From contig NC_043000.1 in NCBI RefSeq assembly GCF_006345805.1, positions 117,676,001 to 117,740,000 on the forward strand: a DNA stretch of 64,000 nucleotides, given 5' to 3'. The notes below the pieces were generated by a model, which was not told the origin of the DNA, did no database searches, and was given only the letters and a program-made list of their open reading frames with translations. The DNA is from Octopus sinensis (taxonomy: Eukaryota). Below, piece by piece: positions 26,587-39,320 of the stretch (the stretch's first letter is position 1; every line of letters begins with the position of its first letter). Position numbers and translations under genes: made by a program.

Positions 26587-26690
26587 GTATGCATATGTAT
26601 ATGTATGTATGCATATATATGTATTTATATATATATATATGTATGCATATGTATATATGCATATATATGTATATATATATATATGTATAT

Positions 26691-26767
<77 letters not shown>

Positions 26768-27725
26768 CATATATATTAATATATGTATATATGTATGCAT
26801 CCATGTATGTATGCACGTATGTATGCATGTATGTACGCATGTATGTATAAAAGCAATGCCTCAGCACTTTCTCGTACTCTATCAGGATGTTTGTTAGTGG
26901 TTTAGCGACATAGAGATCCTGTTTTTCTCTTACAGTCCACAAAACAGCACAATACAAAATAAATAAATGAATAAATAATGCAAGAATTGAATACTTTCAC
27001 ATATTTTACCAAGATGTTTTGTTAGTGGCTTAGCAAAAGACAGATCCTGTTTATCACTTATTAGCCACATTTTCCTTTAGATTTTACACAAAGGAGAAAC
27101 GATACGGCTGCATCTATCACAGCTGAAAGGAATGTACCTCTAGGAGCGGCTTGCATCTAAATAAACAACCGTTTGGGTTTCACCTATATACTATATACTA
27201 TAAATCGAAAAGCTTCGATTAATAGGGATTACACGCGCAAACAGTAAATAAACAATTTTTTCTAGAGGTGTTTAAAAACGCCACGTTGACTGGAATTAAG
27301 AGACCGCAAAACTTAACTGTACAAAACAACAGAACACAAACAAAACAGAATATAGATGTTTGGTTACAATAATAGTCTTTATTATTAAAGAGATTTACTG
27401 GATAAAATTTTTTTTAAGATACCCCAGTTTTACTTCTTTTCTCGTTTGGTGATAATACTGTAATGAAAGCAGGGTTGTTTGGGGAGTGTAAAAATACCGG
27501 AAAATTGATATACAGCATGAAATTTATTCGTTGTCAATTAGTTCGTTTAGCTTATGTTATCAATAAGGAAGTGAATTTTAAGCGATTACTTATATGTATG
27601 CATACGTGGCGAAATAACGGCACACAGACACGCAAACAAACAAGCTTACTGTTAACAAAAGTCGGGATGCGTGGCGTTCGGTTACTCAATAAATGAAAGT
27701 ACATTATATACTACAAAACGTACAC

Positions 27726-27850
27726 GTAAGACGGACACAGAAGGACCCTGATTCTTCATCAGTTATCGACCAAAATACTCATGAATCTGAGTATTTGTAT
27801 TTTGGGGTCGATAAATGATGAAGAATTAGGATCCTTCTGTGTCTGTCCTA
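27726..27850. repeat. 125-bp near-perfect hairpin (inverted repeat)
   Basis: GTAAGACGGACACAGAAGG...TTCTTCATCAGTTATCGACC...ATACTCA-tgaatc-TGAGTAT...GGTCGATAAATGATGAAGAA...CCTTCTGTGTCTGTCCTAC. Confidence 0.9.
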
Positions 27851-28189
27851 CGCGGTTTACATCTCCTTGGCTGGTATTTAGATGCAAATGTTCGCTAGAT
27901 CAAGTGGATTATTGAACCTTTGCTGCATTTTGCTATTGTTTATGCGATGCATAAGCTGCTCTAAATTAGCAGAGTTGGCGTTGGATAGTTTCACGGTGTG
28001 TCGATTAAAAATAGCATAATCCTTGGTGTCCTATGGCTACCTGAGTTTCTTAGCAGCTTCTAGTCGCTTGGATTTCGCTCCTCTACGATGGAGCGGTCAA
28101 ACTGACCTGCAGGATACTGAGGCCCATTTCCTCGCATTGTTTTAATTTTTAAGATGAAGCCAACCTGCTGGGGTGGAGCAGAGTGAATG

Positions 28190-28420
28190 ATATGATCGCA
28201 GAATACCGAAAACAAAAGTTCCGCCGGGTCAGACATGTCACAAGGCTTCACAGACAACAGGTGAACCTGCGCTGTTGCCAAGCAGTATCCAAGAGATTGA
28301 AAAAGGCCACTTGGAAGGCCGCCACGACGATGGAAAGACGATTTAATTAAGCAATTTGGGTCAAGGTAGAAAATAATGGCGCAATCAAGACAGAATTGGA
28401 AACGCATTGTGACCAGCCGT
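28190..28420 (+). mobile_element. RTE-clade LINE ORF2 C-terminal relic
   Basis: Plus-strand translation FTDNR*T..V.KQYPRD*KRPLGRPPRRWKDDL...AQSRQNWKRIV. Confidence 0.75.
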
Positions 28421-28914
28421 TTATAAAAGCATCTGATGGTCTGGTCGATACTGTGATATTGTGATATCCATAATATGCAACAGATGCAGTATTAGATTAA
28501 AATAGCCACCCTTGTATCTAATACTGCTTCTGTTGCATCTAATGAATTTTTATTCAGCCGGGCGGTCAATTGCAGCATCAGTGATTGTTCAATCATTATT
28601 TTCTTGTCTCAGTAACGACGGATCTTTCTTATCAGTTGACAGAGAGCACATGCAACTGACAACGCCCAACGAGGCTGAAATGTACACCTGCTATTCTCAC
28701 TGCTGCAGTAAGATTTTCGGCTTTTGCGCTTTTAAACACGACAGGTCCGTGGGAAATATCTCCGGACGAATACCTCCGTAAATTTGCTTTTTCGTGACGT
28801 CTCTACATTGAGTATGATTCACTGAAACTTCTCTTTCTCTCTCCTTGTCTCCGCCTGTCCGTCTGTATGTCTCTCTCTCCCCCCTCTCTCTCTGTATATA
28901 TATATATATATGTG

Positions 28915-28957
<43 letters not shown>

Positions 28958-29786
28958 CATGCGTGATTTTTCATGATACTTTTGGTTTATCCACTGAGTA
29001 TAATTTATACACTTCATTTTAAAGTGTGATAAAGGAGTTCAGATCACATTCTTTCTAACTTTTCTGGAAATAAAATTGGTTAATAAAAATGTAAGCTTTA
29101 TCCTCTAGGATGCACATTTTCGAGGATTATTTTATGCAAGAAAGTTTATTAGATAACGTCATCGATGGTTGTTAAATGTGTTGATTAAAGGAGGTACAAA
29201 TGAAATGTAAAGCAAAACCAAAGCATAAAAATGCAACCTATCAATCTATCAACACAGTGAGATGCTGTTGAAGCAGGGATTCGAACCCTAACAGCTAGAT
29301 ACTCGATCTAACACCATGAGTGAACCACCAGAGTTTCATATGATCGGTCATTCATATAATCGGCCATTCAGCGTTAGGCTACGGCGTGATATGGTTTCCT
29401 CGAATGTTCTAAAATTTAACTTCTTGTTCCTTATAAAAATTGGTTTTGGCGCTAAACTCGTCGCACAGAGTTGAAGAAAGCTTAACCGATTTGCGCGCCT
29501 CCTCTCTGGCCATGCAGATGGTTCTGGACATACATGCATGCATGCATACATACATACATACATACATACATACATACATACATACATACACACACATACA
29601 TACAAACACACACACACACATACATACATATATACATACACACACATACACACACACACATAGTCGTTGAATGCTCGAAATGAGGAGTAGATAGACAGCT
29701 GACAACTGATGAAGGGTCGTTCTTTGTGTTACTTGTCTTGTTTTCAATTTTTTTACTCTCTTTGCGTATTTAACTCGCTTGTTTTC

Positions 29787-29872
29787 GTATTTCATGTTGT
29801 TTACGGTTGGTGACGTCCATATATCCATATATGTGTGTGTGCATGTGTGTATGTATATATATATATTATATA

Positions 29873-29910
<38 letters not shown>

Positions 29911-29972
29911 CATACATGCACACACACATATATGCATATATGGACGTCACCAACCTAAACAACATGAAATAC
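29787..29972. repeat. 38-bp inverted repeat enclosing a (TA)/(TG) tract
   Basis: GTATTTCATGTTGTTTACGGTTGGTGACGTCCATATAT (29787-29824) vs ATATATGGACGTCACCAACCTAAACAACATGAAATAC (29936-29972). Confidence 0.85.
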
Positions 29973-30417
29973 TGTGATATCCATAAAACATATATATATA
30001 AATATATATATACATAATATATATATATACATTATTATTATTATTATTATTATTACTTATATATATTATATATATGTATATAATATATATATATATATAC
30101 ATATATATGATATATATATATATATATATATATATTTAGTCATATATATATTATCAACACACACACACACATATATATATATATATTATACACATACACA
30201 CACACATATATATATGAAACTAAAGCACAGAAATAAAAATGTATCAATTTTACAAACCATTATCAAATCGCTGTCGATGCCCGCGGCACAGGCAGCAAAA
30301 ATACGATGCAAATCTTCAATAGGTAAACCTACAAAATGATGATAGTAGCAATCTAAGTACACATGTTCTAAGCAACGAACTGTTTTCTGAACAATACAAA
30401 AATATAATCATCCACAT

Positions 30418-30464
<47 letters not shown>

Positions 30465-30659
30465 GAGAGAGAGAGAGAGAGTGTGTGTGAGAGAGAGAGT
30501 GAGAGTAGACATACTGATAGCACGAACACACAAACACAACATACACACACACACAGACTGATACACAAACACACACATTTATGATTCCAAAGCGTTCAGA
30601 ACCAGTGGAGACAGCACGAGTGTGATAAAAGTGTATTAAAAACGCACCATCATATCAAC

Positions 30660-31773
30660 GATGATGATGATGATGATGATAATGATGAAGACGATGATGA
30701 TGAAGATGATGATGATGATGAAGATGGTGTCTTCTCACTCTTCTCCCGCTTTCCCTCCTCCCCCTCTTTTCACTCTTTCCCCCTCTTCTCATTCCTCCCC
30801 CTCATCCTACATCTCCCTTCTTCGCCCTCTTCTCTTCTTCCCCTCTTCCTCCTCTTGTTACTTCCCCTCTCTCTCTCTCTCTTTTCACTCTTCCCCATCT
30901 TCCCCCTCTTCTCACTCTCTCCCCGCTTCTCCCGCCTCCGCCTCCTCCTCCGCTTCTTCTCCTTTTTCTCCTCCCCCCTCTTCTCTTCTTTCCCCTTCTT
31001 CCTACCTCACCCCTCTTCGCATTCTTCCCCCTCTTCCCCTCCTGTCCCTCTTCTCACTTCCCCTTCATCACCCTCTTCTCACTCCACCTCCTCTTCCCCC
31101 TCTTGGCATTCTTCCTCTCTTCTCCTTCTCCCCTCTCTAACTCTTCCCTCTTCCCCTCCCCTTTCTCTTCTCCGCTTCTCACTCTTTCCCATCTTCTCAC
31201 TTCTCTTCCTCTTCCTACTTCCACTCCTTGCTCCTTCTCTTCCACCCCTTCCTCTATTTCTCCTATTCCTGTCATTCTTCCTCTTCCCTCTTCCTCCCTT
31301 TCCACCCTTTCCTCATCTTTTTCGTTTTCTTCATCTTTCTCTTCTCCTCCCTCTCTTTGCCCTTCCTTCCCTTCTATCTTTCTCTTTTACTTCTTCTCCG
31401 TCCTTTTCCTCCTCTCCCTTCCCTTTGCCTTCTTCCTCCCCTTTCACTCCCTCGTTCCTCCCACTCTTCCTCCCCCGGTGATGATAAAGATGATGATGAG
31501 GGGAAGAAGGTGGAAGGTGAGGAAGAGGAGGAGGAAGGGTAGAGGAGGAAGACGAGGAGGAGCAAGAGGAGAATGAGGAGTAGAGGGAAGGAGAAGAGGG
31601 GGAAGAAGGTATAGAGGAGGAAGAAGAGTAGAAGAGGAGCAAGAAGGGGAGGAGGAAGAGGATGATGAAGGGGAGGATGAGGGGAGGATGAAGGGGAGGA
31701 TGAAGGGGAGGAGCAGGTGGAGGAGGAGGAGAGGGGGGAGAAAAGGAAGAGGAGGAAGAAAAGGAAGAGGAGG

Positions 31774-31816
<43 letters not shown>

Positions 31817-31860
31817 GAAGAAGAAGAAGAAGAAGACGAGAATAGGAGGAGGAGTATGGT
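30660..31860. repeat. Low-complexity polypyrimidine (30725-31478) / polypurine (31480-31860) block with (GAT)n spacers
   Basis: Directly visible. Confidence 0.9.
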
Positions 31861-32235
31861 CACATCAATTATCCACGATGGCAGTATTTACGTTATGAAG
31901 TAGCGAGGTACCAAATCTCAGGTTTCGACTGAGATGTAATTGCTGAAACCATTTGTAAAATCCGATGTCTATCAAAGGATTCGATCCTAACGACGGCGAG
32001 TTGGAAATCTACAAAACTGGGAGAAGGTACTTACTTTTTAACAAAGTAATTGAGGATCAGTCGGGGCGCATTTCGCCCGTCTCATGCTCTGAGTTCAAAT
32101 TCCGCCGTGGTCGACTTTGCCTTTCTTCCTTTCGGTGTCGATAAATTAAACACCAGTGAAACACTGGGGTCGATGTAATTGGCTAAATCCCTCTCACCAA
32201 AAAATTTCAGGTCTTGTGCCATTAGCATAAAGGAC

Positions 32236-32314
<79 letters not shown>

Positions 32315-33298
32315 GAGAGAGCAGTGCATGCCTTCAAAGTGACACTGGGGTAAAATATACGAAGCCCTGTATACCCATCATGACTAACCGTCTTATAAGG
32401 GTACACTAGGCACATGCATCACAACCATATGTGCGCGACATGGTGATCTCATATCAAGATAAACAGCGTATGAGCATGCAGGTGGGGCCCAGTTAGAATT
32501 TTCTTTTGGTCGAGTAGCCCATCCCACTCAAAAGGTCCCTGAATAAGGATTGTTTAAGGATGCTGAACGAACCACCCATGTTTCCAAAGAGAATTATCCA
32601 AACCTCTAAGAATTCCTTTCAACACACGGTTATGATGCTACCCTACTACTTCTGCTAGTGGTCAGAGATGCACATATCGTCAGCCACTAAGGGAAATGCT
32701 TAACTGGTTAAGGCCAAGCAACTGATAAGCAAATCTGTGGTATTGAGGAGAATATTTACTGTAGGCCATATTTTATACCAAGACAAAACAATGTACATGA
32801 TAACACTTTCCAATCAGTTAAGACCAGAAGCCACGAGAGCCGTTCATGTTGGTGTTATGCCTAGTGTGCCATATATTTGGTTTTGTACTTAGTGTTGTAC
32901 TAGTGAATGTCTAAAAAAACCATACCAAAATTATGTTTGTTTTAAAACTTGAGATTACATAGAAAGTATTTTGCGTAGGATATGAGCAGTTCCTATGAGC
33001 ACTATCTTTTGAATTTATGCCATTTTGGGGTTTCCTGGTATCTGAGTTAGGTAGCAATCAGCCCCTTTTGCTATCATTCCCAGGGCACCTATGAGAACAG
33101 GTATTGTTTTAGTCTTAAGGTTCCACATTTTGCTGATTTCTATTTCAAGGTTCTTATATTTGCTCAGTTTTTGGTAGGTCTTTACAGATACGTTTACATA
33201 TGTTCTTTGTCTGAAGTCTTTCAATATGATGTCTGGCCTATTTGCATCTATCTTTCTGTCAGTTTGAATGGCGAAGTTCCAGAGGAGTGAGATGTGGC
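32315..33298 (-). mobile_element. 5'-truncated R4/Dong-clade LINE (restriction-like endonuclease end + 3' UTR) inside a (TAA)n tract
   Basis: LWNFAIQTDRKIDANRPDIIL...KLSKYKNLEIEISKMW...IPVLIGALGMI...*IQKIVLIGTAHILRKILSM* (stop 32955-32957); (TAA)n on both sides (32239-32314, 33299-33345). Confidence 0.88.
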
Positions 33299-33344
<46 letters not shown>

Positions 33345-33756
33345 GTGTGTGTGTCTGTCTAGTAAAACAGTTGAGTATGAGGATGCCCGAGGGAAATATC
33401 TCCACAGTTGAAGTGTACTTCTAGTCACGAAATGCACACGTCAATCAAATAGCTAATCTGATACTAACTCTACATCTCTTTCTCTTCGGTAAGAGTATGT
33501 TTTGTGCGTAAAACGTAAGGGATTTGCCACTCCAGCTGTAGCTTTAAGTGCACAAACCTTCCTTAGATATGCGTGAGTGTATATTCGCTAACATTCTTCC
33601 ATAGAAATAACGTGTGTTCAAGAAAAAGTATGAACCGTCATAGAAGTCAGCTGCCGCCTGCAGATGTGAATATCTTTTCGAAAATCAAAGAGAAATAGGA
33701 AAACTAGAAACAATTGCGTCAATACCCAGATTATAAATTCATATTTATATTTATAA

Positions 33757-33790
33757 CTAGCAGAGTTACCCGGCCTTGCTCGGGATTAGA
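33757..33790 (-). mobile_element. Helitron 3' end (hairpin + CTAG)
   Basis: Minus strand CCCGAGCAAGGCCGGGTAACTCTGCTAG|T, same motif as 23427-23454. Confidence 0.6.
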
Positions 33791-33794
33791 ATGG

Positions 33795-34015
33795 TATAGC
33801 TGGCAGAGACGTTAGCATGCCGGGCGAAATGCTTAGCGGTATTTCGTCTGCCGCTACATTCTGAGTTCAAATTCCGCCGAGGTCGACTTTGCCTTTCATC
33901 CTTTCGGGGTCGATTAAATAAGTACCAGTTACGCACTGAGGTCAATGTAATCGACTTAATCCCTTTGTCTGTCCTTGTTTGTAGCCCCTTGTGGGCAGTA
34001 AAGAAGTAGGTATAG
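33795..34015 (+). mobile_element. SINE family A copy (CpG-intact)
   Basis: Close to the consensus seen across the window. Confidence 0.8.
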
Positions 34016-34384
34016 TTTTTCTTATTATTTTACTTCACAGAGTCATATGACTGCGGCCACGTTTGAGCACCGCCATTGGTTGAAAGAAATCGACCATAGT
34101 ATTTATTCCATCATTGTCTTTTGTTGAACCGCTAAGTTATGGGAACGTAAACACAGTTACTTCGGTTGTTAAGCAATGGTGGGGGTACAAGCACCGACAC
34201 AGACATACACACAAATATACACATATATACGAAAGTCTTCTTTCAGCTTCCGTGTACGAAATCCATTCACAAGGCTTAGGTCGGCTCGAGGCTGTGTGTG
34301 TGTGTATATATATATAAACATAAACACATATGCATATATATATATATACACATGTGTATATATACATGTACACACATGTATCAC

Positions 34385-34440
<56 letters not shown>

Positions 34441-34463
34441 ATGTGTAATGGATGTATATATAT

Positions 34464-34513
<50 letters not shown>

Positions 34514-34522
34514 ATGGATATA

Positions 34523-34760
34523 TCTTAATATATAAAATCTGTTCTGTCTGTCTGTTTATGCGCTTATAACTCGAGTATTGTTCATCCGATGGCGCTGAAA
34601 TTTTAAACATGGATACATGAGAGAGCGGGGCGTTCTGCAATTTAAAAAGATTTTCAAAATAGTTAGTTTCAAGGTGAGAATCGCTATTTTTGTAATCTTT
34701 TTGTCCTGTTTGTTCCGCCATTAAAATCAACCAGTGGCTCAGACAGCTGGCACATACCAT
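34523..34760 (+). mobile_element. Probable Helitron 5' portion
   Basis: A|TCTTAATATATAAAATCTGTTCTGTCTGTCTG start; 3' end not located. Confidence 0.45.
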
Positions 34761-35421
34761 TTCGCTAGCAACAAGGGAAATACAGGACGACAGTCAGCCA
34801 AAACCGCCGCTGTGCATTTCTCTCTTATGACGTCCAATTCCACTTTGAAGTTGTATATATATTGTGTTAATATTCGTTATCAATCAGTTGTCCTTATTGA
34901 GAAGAAGCAGTCAAAAGTAACCACCACGTAGAATCACCAAACCTCTCCATTACTTAACACCGTCCAAGTTAACCCTTTTCACCTTTACAGCTGACATAAA
35001 AAGCTACACAAAAAAAGAGAAAAAAATTGATTGCTATTAAAACGCGTAAAATTTTGGGGTTAATAATATTAATCTTTAGTTACAGTTTCTTATCCAAACT
35101 ACATAATAGGCAGAATTATCGGATTAAGACAGTAGGGTGTTTTGTGGGAAGTTTGGCTGTTATTTCTACCAGGTCTAGCTACCATGTAGAGGTCTCTCTC
35201 ATTGGCTCATACATACATGTATACATAAAATCGAAATAAAATACATAAAGTAACAGTCGTCAAATACAAAAGCCAAGGTCCATGCAGTGTCATAGTCGAA
35301 AAAAATTTCCAGCTTCGTGCCTAATGCGAGCCCAGAGCAATCTTTTATATCTTACACTATTTCAGTATTACGTCTCTATTGTAATGTGAGATAATACTTT
35401 CAGTTTGAAAGAAGTCTGTCC

Positions 35422-35475
<54 letters not shown>

Positions 35476-35501
35476 TATATATATATATATTATATATATA
35501 T

Positions 35502-35533
<32 letters not shown>

Positions 35534-35787
35534 GATATATATATATATATATATAATGCATTCCAAAACCGAGTTACAGATTTTGACTATGGGGTATCAA
35601 ATGATTCAGTACTATTTCGGCTACAAATTAAACTTAATTTTCATTCATATATTTGCATTTCAAAAATTTAACGTAATCTTTTCCATAAATCAACTATCGT
35701 AAACATGGATATAATTTGTCTGATGTTACTTGAATCGGATAGGTATGTTCAATTCTTTCAGTGCTCTCAAATTTAAAATCCTGAAAT

Positions 35788-35873
35788 ACTGTGCTGAAGA
35801 GCGAGAATGATTGCAATGAAAATGCGATTTTTGCATTTTTCATATCTATCTAACTCTGAAACGCGTCTACAGT
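35788..35873 (+). ncRNA. Type I hammerhead ribozyme (PLE-type: 1-bp stem III with palindromic CGCG loop, extended stem II)
   Basis: Stem I ACTGTG/TACAGT (6 bp), CTGAAGA 35794-35800, stem II base GAG/CTC plus ATGAAAATGC/GCATTTTTCAT hairpin, GAAA 35858-35861, CGCG, GTC cleavage triplet ending at 35867. Confidence 0.72.
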
Positions 35874-36272
35874 TAATCAAATGCCGGGTGAATTTCGTTG
35901 TTTTTCCTCTCTGCCTACGGGAATTGTTTTTGAGTATATGTTATCTGGGAGTTTTTCTTATAGTAGAATGAAATAGCTAATTTCTTTGGCTACTATTTCT
36001 AAATTTCGGTATGTGGTGAAGAACATTTATTTTTGCTGAACCGTAATTATAATTATACTCATAATTATAAAAAAAATATTGTTTAAGTTTACCGATAATG
36101 GTCCTTTTAACATGCAGAATACTACTTGGTGGAATTATTAATTATTAATTAATTAATTTTACCCTTTATTATTATTGATACACACACACACATATATTAT
36201 TCATATCATTATTTGATTGAACGCCATGCATCCATTTCCAAGTATGTATATATATATATATACATTTATATA

Positions 36273-37169
36273 TAGGGTGTTCCAGAAGTCTTGGACACAT
36301 TTTGACATTGAATATCTCGAAAGCTATTAAGGATATAAAAACGCATCTGATATATTCTGAAAGCCTGCAATTTCAAGTTTTTTTTTTATGGAATATTCAA
36401 AGATGTTCAATGTGAGCACCGTTGGTCACACGGCACACATCATGCTGATAATCTAATTCTTGCCAAACGCACTCCAGCATTGCGTTGTCAATGGTTGCAA
36501 CAGCTTTCGTTATTCGGGCCTTCAGTTCATCCACGTCTTTTAGAAGGGGAGGCACATAGACCAGTCCCTTCACAGAACCCCACAAAAAGAAATCGCAGGG
36601 TGTGAAATCTGAAGACCTTGGAGGCCAGGGCATGAGAACGCGATCATCTCGCCCAGTCCATCTGTCTGGCAGTGTTGTGTTCAGATACTGTATAACCATG
36701 AGACTCCAGTGCGGTGGTGCCCCATCCTGTTGGAAAGCGAAGTCCCTACTGGCTCTTCTGATCGATTTACGGGTGTTCCGCTCGAAGGCAGTTCGAACTC
36801 GCTCAACCGTATCATCTGAAGTTGAAGGGCATCCCGTTCTCTTAGCTGGGCACAAACACCCATCCTTCATGAATTTACCATGCCATCTTTATATGGACTT
36901 CCTTTCTGGTGCCTCTTCTTGGAATTTTGTGCGAAATGCACGTTGAAGAAGTGTCTATGATTCAGTTTTCGCAAATTCAAGGACGCAAAACGCCTTTTCT
37001 GGTTGAGTGAACACCATTACTGGATCTGAAAAATATGAAAAAAAATCATTAGCATTACAAAAAACTTAATGAATTTAGCTTTAAAATGGTACCAGTTTCA
37101 TCTTACTACCAATCATAGTCTAGCAAATATGAGGACTTGAAATGTGCCCAAGACTTCTGGAACACCCTG
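36273..37169 (-). mobile_element. Internally deleted Tc1/mariner element, rosa/DD41D-like (897 bp, both TIRs)
   Basis: ~28-bp TIRs (C/T)AGGGTGTTCCAGAAGTCTTGG(A/G)CACATT with TA flanks. MVFTQPEKAFCVLEFAKTES start (ATG 37017); FQQDGAPPH...WPPRSSDFTPCDFFLWG with 43 residues between the last two Asp. Confidence 0.9.
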
Positions 37170-37625
37170 TATATATATAGTATATATATTGCTTCGTTAG
37201 AAGAGATTAAGCGGAGCAGGAGCACACACGAGGGCAGAAAGTGTCCCTGAAGAGGTCACAGATGTGTGACGAAAGATTTCCGAATAATGGTCATGAGTTA
37301 AAATAGGAACAGTAATAAACGAGTAAATAACGTACATTATAGTGCGTTTGTTTATTTGGCAAAAAAAAAAAAAAAATCCTCCCGAAAAATACAATATCTG
37401 ATTGAAAATCTGTGAGCTAAATTGAACAGATCCGGTGGAGGTGGGGGTAAACATTTGAAAAACATGAATTTACAAAAAAAAAAAACAAAAACAAAAAACA
37501 AAAAGGAAAGAAAAAATAAAAAGAAAATTTGAAAGTGTACCCCTAAGTGTTTTGGGTAATCCTTCAGAGATGGTTGCAAAATGTGAAACTGTTTGTTCGG
37601 CAAATACTGTATAAAATTTTTATTT

Positions 37626-37783
37626 CTGAGTGGCTGTGTGGTAAGTAGCTTGCTTACGAACCACATGCTTCCGGGTTCAGTTCCACTGCATGGTACCTTG
37701 GGCAAATATCTTCTACTATAGCCTCAGGCCGACCAAATCCTTGTGAGTGGATATGGTAGACAGAAACTGAAAGAAGCCCGTCG

Positions 37784-37845
<62 letters not shown>

Positions 37846-38045
37846 CATGTGTTTGTCCCCCTAGCATTGCTTGACAACCGATGTTGGTGTGTTTATGTCC
37901 ACGTAACTTAGAGGTTCGGCAAAAATAACCGATAGAATAAGTACTATGCTTACAAAGAATAAGTCCTGGGTCGATTTGTTCGACTAAAGGCGGTGCTCCA
38001 GCATGGCCACAGTCACATGACTGAAACAAGTAAAAGAGTAAAAAG
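37626..38045 (+). mobile_element. SINE family B copy
   Basis: Full head-to-tail copy. Confidence 0.8.
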
Positions 38046-38365
38046 AGAGTTTAATTTTTGTAGTAAATGAGAAACACGGTCGTGGACACACACACACACA
38101 CACGCACGCGCGCACAGACATACACACCACACGCGCACGCACACACAAACCACACATGCACGCACACACAGTGTCCTTTCATTTGCAAGAACTACTTGTA
38201 GTGTGACACACACTCGAACACACTCAGTAACATACACACACATGTAGATACACATACACAAATCGACGTGTTATGTTTTCACGAATCGCTTATGTTTATG
38301 TATTTTGTGTCTCTATGTGTTTATGTGTATATATGTGTTTATGGGCATGTATGTGTATAAATATG

Positions 38366-38601
38366 GGTACTATTTAAGAAGAGTGGTCCCGGTGCGCGCA
38401 CTCGCGTACATGCGCATCCACGCTAGCTAGTCATGACTAGTCGGTCCTTTGTGTTTTTGTGTTTTATTTACTTTGTGTAAAAAATTGATTTATTTTGTTT
38501 TATTTACTTTGCTAGGTAGTCGTTATAGGATCGACTAGTCACGACTAGCTAGTGGGGATGCGCGAGTACGCACACCGGGACCACCCTTCTTAAATAGTAC
38601 C
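38366..38601. mobile_element. MULE-type MITE with 9-bp TSD
   Basis: TIR GGTACTATTTAAGAAG.GTGGTCCCGGTG; flanks ATAAATATG / GTAAATATG. Confidence 0.8.
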
Positions 38602-38638
38602 GTAAATATGTATATATATACATGTGTGTGTGTGTGTG

Positions 38639-38670
<32 letters not shown>

Positions 38671-39320
38671 TGTATGTATGTATGTATGTATGTATGTATG
38701 TATGTATGATCCTATGTATGTAGTGGTCTGTGTGTGCGCAAGCTGAAAAAGAAACTAAAGAAATAAAAATGTTTTACGGAACTTGCCGAACAAATTAGTT
38801 TCACTTTTCTGAAACCGAAGGATTGCCGTGTTTTGAAATACCAGCTATTATAAATTATAAAATGGATCCTTTAGAATTAACGAAAGGGATAAAAAAACCA
38901 AAGAAATTCCGTTTTATATATGGCAGCAATTCCGAAATTTGCCGAATCCAGAAAGATCAAAATTCAGACCAGAACATGTCTTGACATGCTTTTCTCATCT
39001 CGATACAGAAAATATGGGAAGCATGGATTTTCGTACAATTTCCTCGCTTTTTTAACGTGTTTCTTAATGTTTGGCATCAAGCAAATATATCTGATATAAT
39101 AAATTTAAATTATAAATTGCAAAGACAATAAATTAATGTTACAAATTCAAGTACTTTTAATTATATCGATCTTTAATTAAATTCACAAACCGGAAGAGGG
39201 ATTCGTATCGTAGCATGTTTACGTTTTTCGTCTCCGACACGTAACAATGGATCGGGCTTTGTTTTGTTGTATTTTAGTGTTTATATCTTAATTTATTGTT
39301 AATTAGCTTTAAGAATCATC

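Noticed and set aside
38862-38990. 42-codon ORF upstream of the gene (MDPLELTKG...)
   Set aside because: No evidence it is transcribed or homologous to anything.
39189-39196. ETS-like ACCGGAAG motif ~125 bp upstream of the ATG
   Set aside because: An 8-mer can occur by chance and the TSS is unknown.
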